The notes beneath the pieces were generated by a model. It saw nothing but the letters and a program-made list of their open reading frames with translations, searched no databases and had not been told where the DNA came from. Shown in pieces: positions 1 to 13,493 of a stretch of DNA of 64,000 nt. Source of the stretch: Mobula hypostoma. Its lineage: Eukaryota. Positions within the stretch are counted from its first letter, which is position 1, and each line of letters begins with the position of its first letter. A program made the position numbers and the translations under genes. Location: contig NC_086097.1 in NCBI RefSeq assembly GCF_963921235.1, forward strand, positions 174,842,001 through 174,906,000. Direction: 5' to 3'.

Positions 1-2099
1 ACTTCGGCAAGGTCGGTCACTCGAGGGCGTGGATCGAAGTGGGGGGGTTGGAGGGGACCTGAGTGGGAGAGGTCTGAAGCTCGCAGCCTGAGAGGCTGGT
101 TGAGGGAGAAACCCTCACTATATTTAAAAAGTGCCTGGAGGTGTCCTTGATGTGCTGTGACTTACAGGGTCCAGTGCCAAGAGCTGGGAAATGAGAATAT
201 GCTAAAACACCTCTGTTACCAAAGACTCCAGCTATGCATGAATTTCTCTGATTATCTGTTTAGTATATGCGGAATGACCCGCAGATTATTTTTAAAATGC
301 ACAACAGTACAATACAAGATCAAGCCCTTCTGCCCACATTATTATGCCGGATTACTTAATGACGTACTAGTTAAATAAATCCCTTCTGCCGTATCTCTCC
401 ATTCTCTGCATATGCATGTGCCTATCTAAGAGCTCTTAGGTGCCTTGTAATTGCCTCCACCACCGCCTCTGGCAGTGTATTTCAGGCACCAACTGCTCTG
501 CGTGTAAAAGAAAAACTTGCCTTGCACATCTCCTTTAAATTTTCCCTCTCACCTTAAACACATACCCTCTAGTGTTAGACAGTTAGACTCGGGGAAACAG
601 ATATCTACTGTTTATTCAAACTATGCCGCTCATAATTTTATAAAATTCTGGCAGGTATCCCCTTAGCTTCCACCCCTGCGGCACATTTTTGGCACCTAAT
701 TAAAGAAATCCCTATACCGCTGCCGTAACACAACAAAATTTCCAGTCATATGCCAATGATAACAAATCTGTTTCTGATATCCATATCTCTCTGTTCTCTA
801 TAACCTCAGCAGGAGTTCCATCACCTACCTCTTCTGATTGCTATGTGTGTAACTGTAAATTGAACGTAAAAACTGACTGTGGCTCCTACCATTTTACTGG
901 TGTTGCATTCATCAGGAATGTGATCGAGTCATCACTCAAATCACACTCAGCTTACTCCAGATACTCTCCATTTACTGCTCCCTGGATTGTGTGAGAGTTG
1001 AGACGTAATCAGCGCCACTCAGTAGGAAATGGAGCCTGCTAATAGATGCTGACGGCAGAAACTGTGCTAATAGTGTTGCAGGTATCTGTAGCAAGGAAAA
1101 TTATTAGGCAGGCATTCCAGGTAGTTACAGCTCGGGTTTCACTGTTGGGATTTGCAGAAACATGCAATAACTGCCCTGAGCAATTCATCCCTGGTCAACC
1201 GCTTCCACTTCAACTACCAGAGCTCAAGACGCTGTGTTTTAAAAAAAAATCTCTTCTCACCACCACCCTCCCCCCACTGGTTTTTCCAACCGTTATTGTC
1301 AATCTGTGCCCTCTGAGAGTTACTGACCTTCCTGGGAAAACACGCAAAAAGATGGGAGCAGGAGTACTGAAAAGTTGATTTTATTGTTGGATGCACAAGT
1401 GCAATGAAAAACTTATCGCAGCAGCTTCAGATTCAGATTTACTTCCACTGACTTAGATGATTTGTTGTTTTGTGCAGCTGCACAGTGCAAAGACATAAAG
1501 TTACTACAAATTACAAAAATTAAATAGTGCCAAATAAAGGAATTACATGGAGCCATCACAGGTACGTAGATATAGAGGCACAACATTCACATGAAAAACA
1601 TAATTTAAAGATATACAAAATTATACAAGGTACGGCACAACATCGTGGGCTGAATGGCCTGTACTAAAGAACACAATTAGAAAAATAAATAAAGTCCATT
1701 TAGTGCCGTTGCGGTACTGAGGCAGTGATTAATGTTGTGCTGGTTGGTTCAAGGATCGAATAGTTGAAGGGAAATAGCTGTTCTTGAACCTGGGCAGGTG
1801 GGATTTCAGGTTTTTGTTCCTCCTGTCTGATGGTGCCTACATCTTGGGAGTAAGTTAAATGAACAACTACCCATCAACATTGCTCTTCAGCAACAGATAA
1901 GCATTTTTGTCATTGGTTGTAAAGTTTTAGAAGGTGCCAAGATAAGATCCAAAAAGGAAATTGTCAGATATTGGAAAGGTAAAAGTGGGTTTAGCATTGA
2001 AAGGGGTGTAGGACATATTGGAGAGTTCTTCCAGAGTGCTAGCATTGCCACATGGGCAGATTGGCCTCCTCTTGTCCTGCATCTCTTCATTGCTAGCAG

Positions 2100-2490
2100 T
2101 TGGAAGTGGGAGGGTGTATAGTCAGTATACAGTTAACAGCACCGATATACAGAAGGGGGATCTTGGTGTCCCAGTCCATGCCTCTCTGAGTAGAACAAAG
2201 CAAATAAATAGGGTGGTAAAGAAGGTGTATTTCATGCTTGCCTTTATCACTAGGGACATAGATTATAAAGGTCAAGAGGTCATGTTGCAGTTCTATAAAT
2301 CTTTGGTTAGGTTGAACTTGCAGTATTATGTGCACTTCTGGTCACCCCATTACAGGAACGATGTAGAGGCTTTGAAGAGATTGCAGAAGAGGTTTACCAG
2401 ATACTGCCTGGATTAGAAGGGATCAGCTATAAGGAGTGGTTGGACAAACTTTGGTTGTTTTCTTTGGCATCTTGGAGGCCGGGAGAGATC
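2100..2490 (+). mobile_element. CR1-clade LINE ORF2 C-terminal fragment (degenerate)
   Basis: ORF 2018-2416 contains DLGVPVH...VVKKVYFMLAFITR...LYKSLVR-like and FWSPHYRNDVEALKRLQKRFTR, the CR1 post-RT region also seen at 42723-43505. Confidence 0.8.
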
Positions 2491-2499
2491 TAATAAATT

Positions 2500-4170
2500 A
2501 AACTAAGAATATATAAAATATAAATTGTGCAAAAAGAGAGCAAAAATAGTATTTCTGGGTTCATTGACCATTCTGAGATCTGATGGCAGAGGGGAAGAAG
2601 CTGTTCCTAAAACACTGAGTGTGCATCTTCAGGCAGTTGTACCTTCTCCTTGATGATAGTAATGAGAAGAGAACATGTCCTAGATGGTGAAGATGGTGGC
2701 TTCATGGGTTCGAAATAAATGTATTTTCACAGTACATATTGTCACTGTATACAACCTTGAGAATTGTTTTCTTGTGGGCATATTCAGTAAATCCAAGAAC
2801 CGTAATAGAATCAATAAAAGATTGCACCTAGCAGGTGCAAACAACCAATGTGCAAAAGACAACGAACTGCAAATACAAAAGAGAAAAAAATAATGGAAAC
2901 AATAAATAAATAAACAATAAATATCGAGAACATGAGATGAAGACTGCTTGAAAGTGAGTCCATAGGTTATGGAAACAGTTCAGTGATGGGGCAAGTGAAG
3001 CTGAATGAATTTATCCCCACTGGTTCAAGAGCCTTGGTGGTTATGGGGTAATAACTGTTCCTGAACCTGGTAGTGAGAGTCTTGAGGCTCCTGTACCTCT
3101 TCCTGATGACAGCAGTGAGGAGAGAGCATGACCTGGGTGGTGGAGGACCCTGGTGGTGGATGCTGTTTTCCTCTGACAGAGCTCTTGTGTAGATGTGCTC
3201 AATTGTGGGGAGGGCTTTACCCGTGATGGACTGGACTGTATCCATTACTTTTTGTGAAATTTTATGTTCAAGGGCATTGGTATTTCCGTACCAGATTGTG
3301 ATGCAGGCGGTCAATATACTCTTCACCACACTTCAATAGAAGTTTGTCAAAGTTATAGATGCCATGCCGAGTCTTCGCAAACTTCTGAGGAAGTAGAGGT
3401 TCTGATGTGCTTTCTTCATAATTGCACTTACCAGGACAGGTCCTCTCAAGTGATAACATCGAGAAATTTAAAGTTGCTGGCCCTGTCCATCTTTGATCCG
3501 CTGATGGGGTCTGGCAGGGGTGAAGTACACAGCTTTGTGGTGCACCTGTGCTGATGGAGATTGTGGAGGAGAGGTTGTCGCCAATCCAAACTGATTGGGG
3601 TCTGCAAGCGAAGAAATCCAGGATCTAATTGCACAAGGAGGTATTGAGGCCAAAATTTTGAACCTTATTCATTTGTTTTGAAGGGCTGATAGTATTGAAT
3701 GCTGAGCTGTAGTTTATAAAGAGCATCCTGATTTATGCATCTTTGCTCTCCAGATGTTCCAGGATTGAGTGAAGAGCCAGTGAAATGACATCTGCTCTGG
3801 ACCTGTTGCGCTGATAGGCAAATTGGAGCAGGTCCAAGTCATTCTTGGGCAGGGGTTAATATGTTTCAACACCATCCTCTCAAAACACTTCGTCGCAGTG
3901 GATGTAAGTGCTACCAGATGACAGTCATCGAGGCATCACCAATTGTCGATGCCTTTGCTGGTGGGGCGGCTACTGCCCGTGCTGGAGTTGGCTGAGTTTA
4001 CAACCCTCTGAACTTTTGTTTCTGATCCTGTGCATTGGAACCGTCATACCAGGTGGTGATGCAAGCACTCAGAACGTTCTCCATGGTACAGTACTCTGGT
4101 CACTAAGGATGAAGAAACTGCCATCATCTTCCCCTTCTTCGCTCAGCACCACTGAAGCACTTTGTGTGTT
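2500..4170 (-). mobile_element. Rex1/Babar-type LINE fragments (RT C-terminus and 3' UTR), degenerate
   Basis: ORFs 2967-3329 (SILTACITIWYGN...RYRSLKTLTTRFRNSYYP) and 3446-3653 match the Rex-type copies at 47500-51420 and 53500-54820. Confidence 0.75.
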
Positions 4171-4189
4171 GCTTTTGTCATTCTTTTCA

Positions 4190-5040
4190 ACATAGAACAG
4201 TACAGCACAAAACGGGCCTTTCAGCCCACAATGTCTGAACTGAATACAATGCCAAATTGAATTGAATTTCTTCTGTCTGCACATGATCCATATCCCTTTG
4301 TCCCTGCAGATTCATGTGCCTGTCTAACAGCCTTTAAATGCCTCTATTGTAACTGCCTCCACCGTCACCCTGACAGCGTGTTCCCAGCACCCCCCCACTC
4401 TCAATGGCAAAAAAAGAAACTTGATCCCTGTATTTCTTTTAAACGTTGCCCCTCTCACCTTAAATGCATTCTCTCTAGTAGTTGATATTTCTACCCTGTG
4501 AAAAAGAGACTGACTGTCCACCCTATCTATGCTTCTTATAATCATATAAACATCAATCAGATCTTCCCCTGCTTTTTTTTTCTTTCTGAGCAGTGTATTC
4601 ACTGATGAAATTGCTTTAGGGAGAGTTTGGACAAACATTGTTTTCTCTGGAGCTGAGGGAAAACCTGACTGAAGTTCATAAAACTATCAGAGGCTTAGAC
4701 AGGGCTAACAGCTTGTAGCTTTTTCCTGGGGTTGAAATGTCTAATACAAAAGGGCAAGCATTTAGGGTGAGAGGGGCAAAGTTCAAAGGAGTTGTGCTGG
4801 ACAGGTTTTTTGACATAGAGCGGTGGATGCTGAGAATGTGTTGTCAGGACGGTGATAGAGTCAGGTGCAATAAAGGAATTTAAGAGGGTGTTAGATAAAC
4901 CCATAAATGTGCAGAGAATAAAAGAATATGGATATTGTCTAGGTAGAAGGAGTAATTTGGATGTATTTAATTAATTTGGCACAACATCATGGGCTGAATG
5001 GCTTGTTCCTGGTGCTGTACTGTGCTGTGTTCTATATATT
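4190..5040. mobile_element. Two short CR1-type 3' end fragments in opposite orientation (- then +)
   Basis: Minus-strand ORF 4324-4638 (GEDLIDVYMIIRSIDRVDSQSLF...TRENAFKVRG). The plus copy ends in gggctgaatggcttgttcctggtgctgtactgtgctgtgttcta. Confidence 0.7.
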
Positions 5041-6769
5041 CCATGGGAAATCCTCGAATTGTCCTCGCATTTTTTTGGGATGTGTTAAAAATGATAAAGA
5101 AAGATGGACAATGTTACTCTTGACATTGAATACAACCAGTGGTTCAGAAACTAGCATTCGCTATTGGTATTAATTTCCAGTTCTGTTTCGAAGAAATGTT
5201 GAAACCTGTTGGGATCTGTATGGTGTAATACAGCACAACGTGTCTGTGTCAACCTCTTTCCCCATCTACACTCATCCTTCTTATCTGCATTGGAATGGTT
5301 TTCTTCTATGCCTTGGCATTATAAGTAACCGTATCTCACTCCACTGACCCTCCTGCCTCTGGAAGCAGCCAAGAATAGTGGTTGATGCAGGCACACTGGC
5401 AATATTTAGCATCCATCTAGATACCTACATATAAGACGGTTAGAGGACTATGGGCCACATGTGGGCAGATGGGACTTGCTTGCAGGGCAGTACTGTCGGC
5501 ATTGACACATTGGTCTGAAGAGCCTGTCTCCATGCTACATGACTTTATGACTCTAAAGTATGGTAACTCTGACAGTTCTGAATTCCCTCGGTACTACAAT
5601 GAAGTCGCAACCAAGGCTTTTGTGCTTGTCTCCCTGAATTGGGACTAGAACCCACCACCTCTGACTCAGAGAGAAGGCACTATGCTGTTTGGCTTGAATT
5701 AGTGTGCGATAGACAAGACAGGCCGGAGGACAGAAGGAACTGGTTGAAGTAAGGGCAGCAGTCTCCGAAACAAATGATGCAACTCTGCCCAAGATGATCA
5801 AATTAACAGGAGTGAGGGTGAGGAGCTGAGCAGGAGGCACTGTGGCCTGTGCCAGTTTGGGACAGCTGGTTTCACTCATCCTGGCATCAAGCGTGCTGTT
5901 AGCCTCTGCACAAAGGGCCTGTTGTGGTCTGATGAACAATGGGCGTCAGTGCAGAGAGCAGTTCATTCCTTGTGTTACTGGTGTGAACCATCACCAGTTT
6001 GCAGACAGAGGGAGGTTGTGTGAGATCTTCAACACGTGACCCAGAAGCAGGAATCTCATTCAAGTGTAAGATTCTGTAACAAGAGCTGTCTTCTTCCACC
6101 ACTGAATGATGCTTCGACAGTGGATCCTGCCTATCTAATCCAACCCGACAGGACCATGGTGGCAGTGTAGGAATAGGTGTCTTGTTGGATAAAGCAGCGG
6201 GTCAGGCTATGCGGTATCAGCCCCAGTTTTAGTACTATATTTGGGTCAGGGTGATGCACTGGATGTAATCGCACCTGTTCTCCATCCTTGATAGACTCAG
6301 ACATCACAGAAACAGGTTGGTCAGCCTAACTGATCCAGGCTGGCCGAGATACCCATCTAAGCCAGTCTCATTTGCCCTGTATGGCCTATATCCCTCTAAA
6401 CCTTTCTTATTTATGTACCTGTCCAAGTACCTTTTTAAATGTTAACGTACCTAACTTAATCACTGCCAAAGGCAGCTCATTCCATATACTGATCACTATC
6501 CAAGTGAAAAGTTGCCCCTCAGGTTCTGATTAAATCTCTCCCCTTTCACTTTAAACCTATGCTCTCTAGTTCTTGATTCCCTGACACTAGGAAAAAGGAC
6601 TGTGCCTTCACCCTATCTCTGCCCCTCGTGATTTTATGCACCTATATAAACTTGCCTCTCATTCTCCTGCGCACCATTGAAAGGTGTCCCAACCCGCTCA
6701 ATCACAAACTGAGCAACATCTTTGTGAAGGATGATTGTGACATACATGTAATGGCCTGAATCCTCTGTT

Positions 6770-9700
6770 TACCTTTCATGCAAACACCTCCGTATGGTGT
6801 TGCATCAGGAAAATATCATAATCCTTCGGGTTTAAACTGGAGTTGCAGGAGGACGGGGACCAGAGTGCCAGAACAGGTAGTGGGGAGGCAGATGTTTGTA
6901 AGACCTCAGACAAAGTTAGGAACCAAAAGGTTGTGCATGGTGCAACAAAATCAAAAAGTGTGAATACAGTGTTGTACTTGAATGTGTGCAGTATACAGAA
7001 TAAGATGGATGAATTTACACAGATTGGCAGGTATTATGTTGTAGGCATCATGGAATCATGGCTGAAAGATTATAGCTGTGAACTTAATGTCCCAGGATAC
7101 ACATTGTATTGAAAGGACAGGCAGGGAGGTAGAATGGGTGGCGTTGCTGTGTTGGTAAAAAAAAAATGAAATCAAGTCATTAAAAAGAGGTGACAGAGGG
7201 TCGGAAGACGTTAAATCATTGTGGATAGAGGTAAGGAACTGCAAGGGTTAAAAGACCCTGATGGGAGTTGTATACAGACCCCCAAACAGTGGTAAGGATG
7301 TGGCCTGCAAATTACAATGGGAGATAGAAAATGTATGCCAAAAGAGCATATAGTCATGGGGGATTTCAAAATGCAGGTAGATTGGGAAAATCAAGTTGGT
7401 GCTGGATTATAGGGGGGGAATTTCTAGAATGCCTATGAGATGGCTTTTTAGAGCAGCATGTGGTTGAGCCACTAAGGGATCAGCTGTTCTGGATTGGGTA
7501 TTGTGCAATGAACCAGAATTGATTAGAGAGCTTCAGGTAAAAGAACCCTTGGGGCAAGTGATCATAATATGATCAAATTCACCCTGAAATTTGAGGAGAA
7601 GCTGAAGTCAGATGCCTCAGTATTACAATGGAGTAAAAGAAGTTAGAGGCATGAGAGAGGAGCTGGCCAGAATTGATTGGAAAAGAACACTGGTAGGGAT
7701 GATGACAGATGCAGCAGTTCACGAAGGCAGCTCATCACCACCTTCTCCAGGGCAACTAGGGATGGGCAATAAATGCTGGCTTAGCTGGCGATGCCCTCAT
7801 CCCGTAAATAAATACATTTTAAAAAGGAGAGCCACAAATGTCTGAATTTCTGGAAGTAATTCAAAAGGCACAGGATATATACATCTCAAAGGAAGAAATA
7901 TACTAAAGGAAAGTTAACACAACCATGGCTAACTAGAGAAGTCAAAGTCAACATAAAAGCCATAGAGATGGCATATAATACAGCAAAGATGAGTGGGAAA
8001 TTAGAGGATTGGGAAGCTTTTAAAAACCAATTGAAGGCAACTAAAAAAGTAATTAAGAATGTAAAGATGAAATACGAAAGTAAGCCAGCTAATAATATTA
8101 AAGAGGATACCAAAGGTTTCTTTAGATACATGAAATATAAAAAAGAGGTAAGAGTGGATATCGGACCGCTGGAAAACTATGGGGGAGAGATATTAATGGG
8201 GGACAATGAAATAGCAGACAAACTGACTAAGTATTTTGCATCAGCCTTCACTGTGGAAGACACTAGCAGTGTGGTGGAAGTTCTAGACGTCAGGGGGCAT
8301 GAATGTGAAGTTACCATAACTAGAGTGAAGGTTCTTGGGAAAACTGAAAGTTCTGAAGGTAGTTAAGTCACCTGGACCAGTTGGTGAACACCCCAGGGTT
8401 CTGAAAGAGGTAGCTGAAGAGATCGTGGAGGCATTAGTAATGATCTTTCAACAATCATTAGATTCTGGAGTCGTTTCGGAAGGCTGGAAAATTGCAAATG
8501 TCACTCCGCTCTTCAAGAAGGGAGAGAGGCAGAAGAAAGGAAACAACAGGCCAATTGGCCTGACCTCAGTGGTTGGGAAGATGTTGGAGTTAATTATTAA
8601 GGATGAGGTCTCGGGGTACTTGGAGACACATGATAAAATAAGCATGGTTTCCTCAAGGGAAAATCTTGCCTGACAGATCTGTTGAAATTCTTTGAAGAAG
8701 TAACAAGCAGGATAGACGAAGGAGAATGGGTTGATGTTGTATACTTAGATTTCCAAAAGGCCTTTGACAAAGTGTCATACATGAGGCTGCTTAACAAGCT
8801 ATGAGCCCATGGTTTTACAGGAAAGATTCTAGAATGGATAAACCAGTAGCAGATTGGCAGGAGGCAAAGAGTGGGAATAAAGGGAGCCTTGTTAGATGCC
8901 GGTGACTCGTGTTGTTCCACAGGGGTCTTTGTTGGGTCTGATTCTTTTTACATTATACGCGAATGATTTGAATGATAGAATTGATGGCTTTGTTGCAAAC
9001 TTTGCAGACAATTTGAAGATGGGTGGTGGGGCAGGTAGTTTTGAGGAAGTAGAGAGGCTACAGAAGGAATTACAGTTTAGGAGAATGGGCAAAGTAATGA
9101 CATATGGAATACAGTGTCAGGAAATGTATGGTCATGCACTTTGGTAGAAGGGTTGACTATTTTCTAAATGGAGGGAAAATATAAAAAAACTGAGGTGCAA
9201 AGAGTTTGGGAGAACTTGTACAGGATTCCCTAAAGTTAATTTGCATGTTGAGAGTGTGGTAAGGAAGGCAAATGCAATGTTCGCATTCATTTCAAGAGGA
9301 CTGGAATATAAAAGCAAGGATGTAAATTTGAAGCTTTATAAAGCACTGGTAAGGCCTCACTTGGAGTATTGTGAGCAGTTTTGGGTCCCTTATCTTAGAA
9401 AGGATGTGCTGAAACTGGAGATGGTTCAAAGGAGGTTCACGAGAATGATTCCAGGATTGAACGGCTTGTCACATGAAGAGCATCTGATGGCTCTGGGCCA
9501 TCGCGAAGGATGAGGAGTGACCTCATTGAAACCTATCAAATGGTGAAAAGCCTTTATACAGTGGATGTGGAGAGGATGTTTCCTATGGTGGGAGAGTCTA
9601 AGACCAGAGGACACAACCTCAGAATAGAGGGGCATCCTTTCAGAATGGAGATGAGGAGGAATTTCTTTAGCTAGAGAGTGGTGAATCTGTGGAATTCTTT

Positions 9701-9900
9701 GCCGCAGGCAGCTGTGGAGGCCATGTCTTTATGTATATTTAATGTTGATAGATTCTTGATAGGTCAGGGAATGAAGGGTTAGGGGGAGAAGGCAGGAGAT
9801 TGGGGCTGAGAGGAAAGTTGGATCAGCTATGATGAAATGCCAGAGCAGGATCGGTGGGCAAAATGGCCTATTTCTGCTCCTATATCTTTTGGTCTTATGA
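6770..9900 (+). mobile_element. CR1-clade LINE, most of ORF2 (APE endonuclease + RT) with many frameshifts and stops; 3' end intact
   Basis: LYLNVCSIQNKMDE (endonuclease start), KYFASAFT, KSPGP..HPRVLKE, WKIANVTPLFKKG, VPQGSLLG, FVANFADN, LYKALVRPHLEYC; 3' tail tctgctcctatatcttttggtcttatg. Confidence 0.92.
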
Positions 9901-10904
9901 TGAGAATGCTAAATAAATTTGCAAATGGTAATTGGCTTTTTATTGTCACATACCAAGATAGAGTGAAAAACCTTTTTTTTTATATGCCATCCATGCAAAT
10001 TATTCCATATATAAGTACATAGAGGTTATACAAAAGAAAAAAAATCAGATTGCAGAATCAGTTACAGTTATGCAAAGTGCCTACAAGCAAATAAAATGCA
10101 AGGTCATGACTAGGTAGATTGGAAGATCAAGAGTTTGTCTTTATTGTGTAAAAAAAATCAAAACGACAGTCTTATAACAGTGGGATAAAGCTGTCCTGAT
10201 ATGTGTTCTCAATATTTTGTATTTTCTACCCGATGGGAGGGGGAGAAGAGAGAATCACCAGGGTGGATTGTGCCTTGATTAGTTTGGTTGTTTTACCATG
10301 GCAGCAGGAATTGGTAAATTGGTTCATTACTGTCACATTTATTTTATTAATATTTTTAGAGGCCTAGCAGAGTTTATAGGCACTTCCAACACAAAAAGCC
10401 CCTGCTGCCCAATTATATCCATGTGACCAATTGACCTAATAACCCATATGTCTTTGAAATGTGGGAGGAAAATGTGGGAGTCAAGCTCCTTGTAGATAGT
10501 GGCGGAATTGAACCCCTATTACCGGTGCTGTAATAGCTAACCATTACACCACTGTGCTGCCCCTTGTAAACGTACCAAGGTACAGTGGAAAACATTGTTT
10601 TGCATGCCATCCATACAGGTAATAAAAGGGGAAACGGTAACAGAATGCAGAATATAGTGTTACAGTGACAGGATAGTGCAGGCATTTGGACAACAGAGTG
10701 CAAGGTAATTACGAGGTAAGTTGGTGTTTAGTGGTCAGGGTGTTCTAGATGGGTTGAAGGGCCTGTTTCTGTACTGTAAGGCAGGGGAGTGGGGATGACT
10801 GGAAGAACTGGATCAGCCCATGATTGAATGATGGAGCAGACTCGATGGGCCGAATGGCCTACTCCCGCTCCTATATTTTATGGTCTTGTGTTTAAAACAT
10901 TTCC

Positions 10905-12995
10905 TAAACAACGGAACATTTGTTATCCTGCAATCCTCCAGCACCTCATCTGTGGCTAAGGATAATTTAAATCTCTGTTAAGGCCCTTGTAGTTTCTGCA
11001 CCAGCCTCCCACGGAGTCCAAAGGAACACTTGTTAGGTACACTTGTTATCCACCCTAATTTGCCTCAGACAGCAAACACCTCCTCTTCAGTAATCTGTGT
11101 AGGGACCTCGTTGCTGCTTGTTTTACATCTTTAGGCTCTGTGTCAGTCTCCCGAGTAAATGCAGATGCAGAAAATCTATTTAAGATCATTCCCCCCATCT
11201 TTTTTGGCTTCACACATACAAACGGTAGATTACCACTTTGATCTTCCAGAGGATCAGTTTTGTCCCTTACTATCCTTTAGCTCTTAATACACCTGTAGAA
11301 GACATAGGATTCTCCTGCACCATGTCTGCTAGAGCAACCTCATGTCTTTTAGCCCTCCTGATTTCTTTTGTATGTGTTCTCTGGCATTTCTTATACTCAA
11401 GTACCTCATTTCTTCCTGAATCCCTATGCACCTCTGTTTTCTTAATCAGGGCCTCAATATTTCTCAAAAACCAAGGTTGCATAAACCTGTTAACCTTGCC
11501 TTTTATTCTGACAGAAACATACAAACTCTGTATTCTCAAAATTTCACTTTTGGAGGCCTCTCATTTACCAAGTACACCTTTGGCAGAAAACCGCCTGTCC
11601 CAATCCAGACTTGGCCAGATCCTTTCTGATACCATCAAAATTTGCTTTTCTTTAATTTAGAATCTGAACCCAAGGACCAGACCTATCCTCTTCCATAATT
11701 ACTTTGAAACTAATGGCATTGTGATCACTAGATACGAAGTGTTCCCCTACACAAACTTCAATCATCTGCCTGTCTCATTCCCTCACAAGAGATCTAGTAT
11801 TGCACTTCCTCTGCTTGGGACATCTATGTACTGATGAAGGAGACTTTCCTGAACACATTTGACAAATGCTTTCCCATCCAGCCCTTTTACACTAAGGGAG
11901 TCCCTGTCAATATGTGAAAAGTTAAAATCACCTGCTATTACAACCTCATGTTCTGGTAACAGTCTGCGATCTCTCTACATCTTTGCTACTCTAAATCCCA
12001 CAGACTTGGTGGTCTATAATTTTATCATTAACATGGTCATACCTTTCCTGTTCCTCAGTTCTCCCTATAAAGTCTCATTAGACAAGCTTTCCAGTCTGTC
12101 CTGACTGAACCCTGGAACACTGAGCTGCCAGTCCTGCCCCTCCTGCAACCAAGTCTCACTAATGGATGCAATGCTGTAATTCCTTGTGCTGATCCATGCC
12201 CTAAACTCATCTGCCATTCCTACGATACTCCTTGCATTGAAATATATGTAGTTCAGAACAATAGTCCCACGATGCTCACCCTTTTGATTCATGACTTTGT
12301 TGGTAGATATAACGTCATTCTCCTCAACCACTTCACTAACTGTTCTGGTGCTTTGGTTCCCATCCCCCTGCAACTCTCGTTTGCTAGCAGACCTTTCCGC
12401 TAGGGTATTAGTCCCCTCTGCTTCAGGTGGAAACCTTCTCTTCTGTACAGGCCCCTCCTTCCCTGCAAGAGAGCCCAATAATTCAATAATCTGAAGCCTT
12501 CACTCCTGCACCAACTCCTTAGCCATATGTTACACTGTATAATCTTCCTATTTCTGGCCTCATAGTCATGTGACATGGGTAGTAATCCTGAGATCACCTC
12601 CCTGGGCGTCTTGACGTTTAACTTAGTACCTAACTCCCTGTACTCACTTCGCAGGACCTCGTCACCCATCCTATCCATGTTGTTAGTACCAACATGGACC
12701 ACGACCTCTGGCTGTTCACCCTCCTGCTTAAGAATGCTGTGGACCCAATCAAGTTGTCTTAGACCCTGGCACCTGAACAGAAATCTAGTTCTTGTCCACA
12801 GAACCTCCATTCTGTTCCCTGAACCACCGAATCCCCTGTCACCACAGCACAGCTCTTCTCCCCCATTACCTTCTGAGCAACAGAGCCATACTCAGTGCCA
12901 GAGACCTGCTCGCTGCGACTTCTCCCTGGTAGGTCATTTCCCCTCTCAACAGTATCCAGAGTGGTATACTTATTATTGACGGGAATGACCACAGG
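10905..12995 (-). mobile_element. 5' part of a CR1 LINE: ORF1 SGNH/GDSL-esterase-like domain and start of ORF2 endonuclease, degenerate
   Basis: VVTGDSVV (GDS block), EGEQPEVVVHVGTNN, VISGLLP, NIWLRSWCRSEGF (CR1 ORF1 esterase), then IYFNARSIVGMADE...SISETWL (APE endonuclease). Confidence 0.85.
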
Positions 12996-13150
12996 AGCCG
13001 TTCTTTTTGCAAAGTTAGGAGAATTTTCTCAATAAACCAGACCTTCTATGTCTCAACACCAGGATGAGAGCGATTATATATTTTTTCATCTTTCTGTTGC
13101 CTAATCTTACATTCAGTTCACTAATGCCTTTTTCTTTTACCTTTCTCTAG

Positions 13151-13219
13151 ACAACCATCCTGGGAACAATCTTAGCGATAACTGGGAATATCCTTATCAG
13201 TATATCCCTAAATATTCAG
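13151..13219 (+). CDS. NIPAL2: NIPA-like domain-containing protein 2 (Mg2+ transporter), internal coding exon (69 nt, phase 0-0): TTILGTILAITGNILISISLNIQ
   Basis: Polypyrimidine tract + AG (ttttcttttacctttctctag) and CAG|gtactg donor. The peptide matches the NIPAL2 first TM motif 'GN.ISISLNIQ' and splices in frame to the next exon. Confidence 0.9.
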
Positions 13220-13493
13220 GTACTGTAACATTCACTGTCTCAGAATTGCTTTTATTTTCCTGAAATCTGGAAGTCAAATTGGTAAATCTGGTTTATTATT
13301 GTCACCTGTACTGAGGTACAGTAAGAAACTTTGTTTTGCATGCCATCCATAAGATTATCGGATCCAATTGAGCTCAAACCAGGGTAAAACAATAACAGAT
13401 TGCAGACTAAAATGCTAAAGTTACAGAGAGATGATAACGTGTAAAGCTATGAAGTAGATTGCAAAGTCAAGAGTTCATTTTATTGTAATAGGG

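Noticed and set aside
1046..1378. 110-aa ORF as a candidate NIPAL2 first exon
   Set aside because: No NIPA-family similarity and no convincing phase-0 donor.
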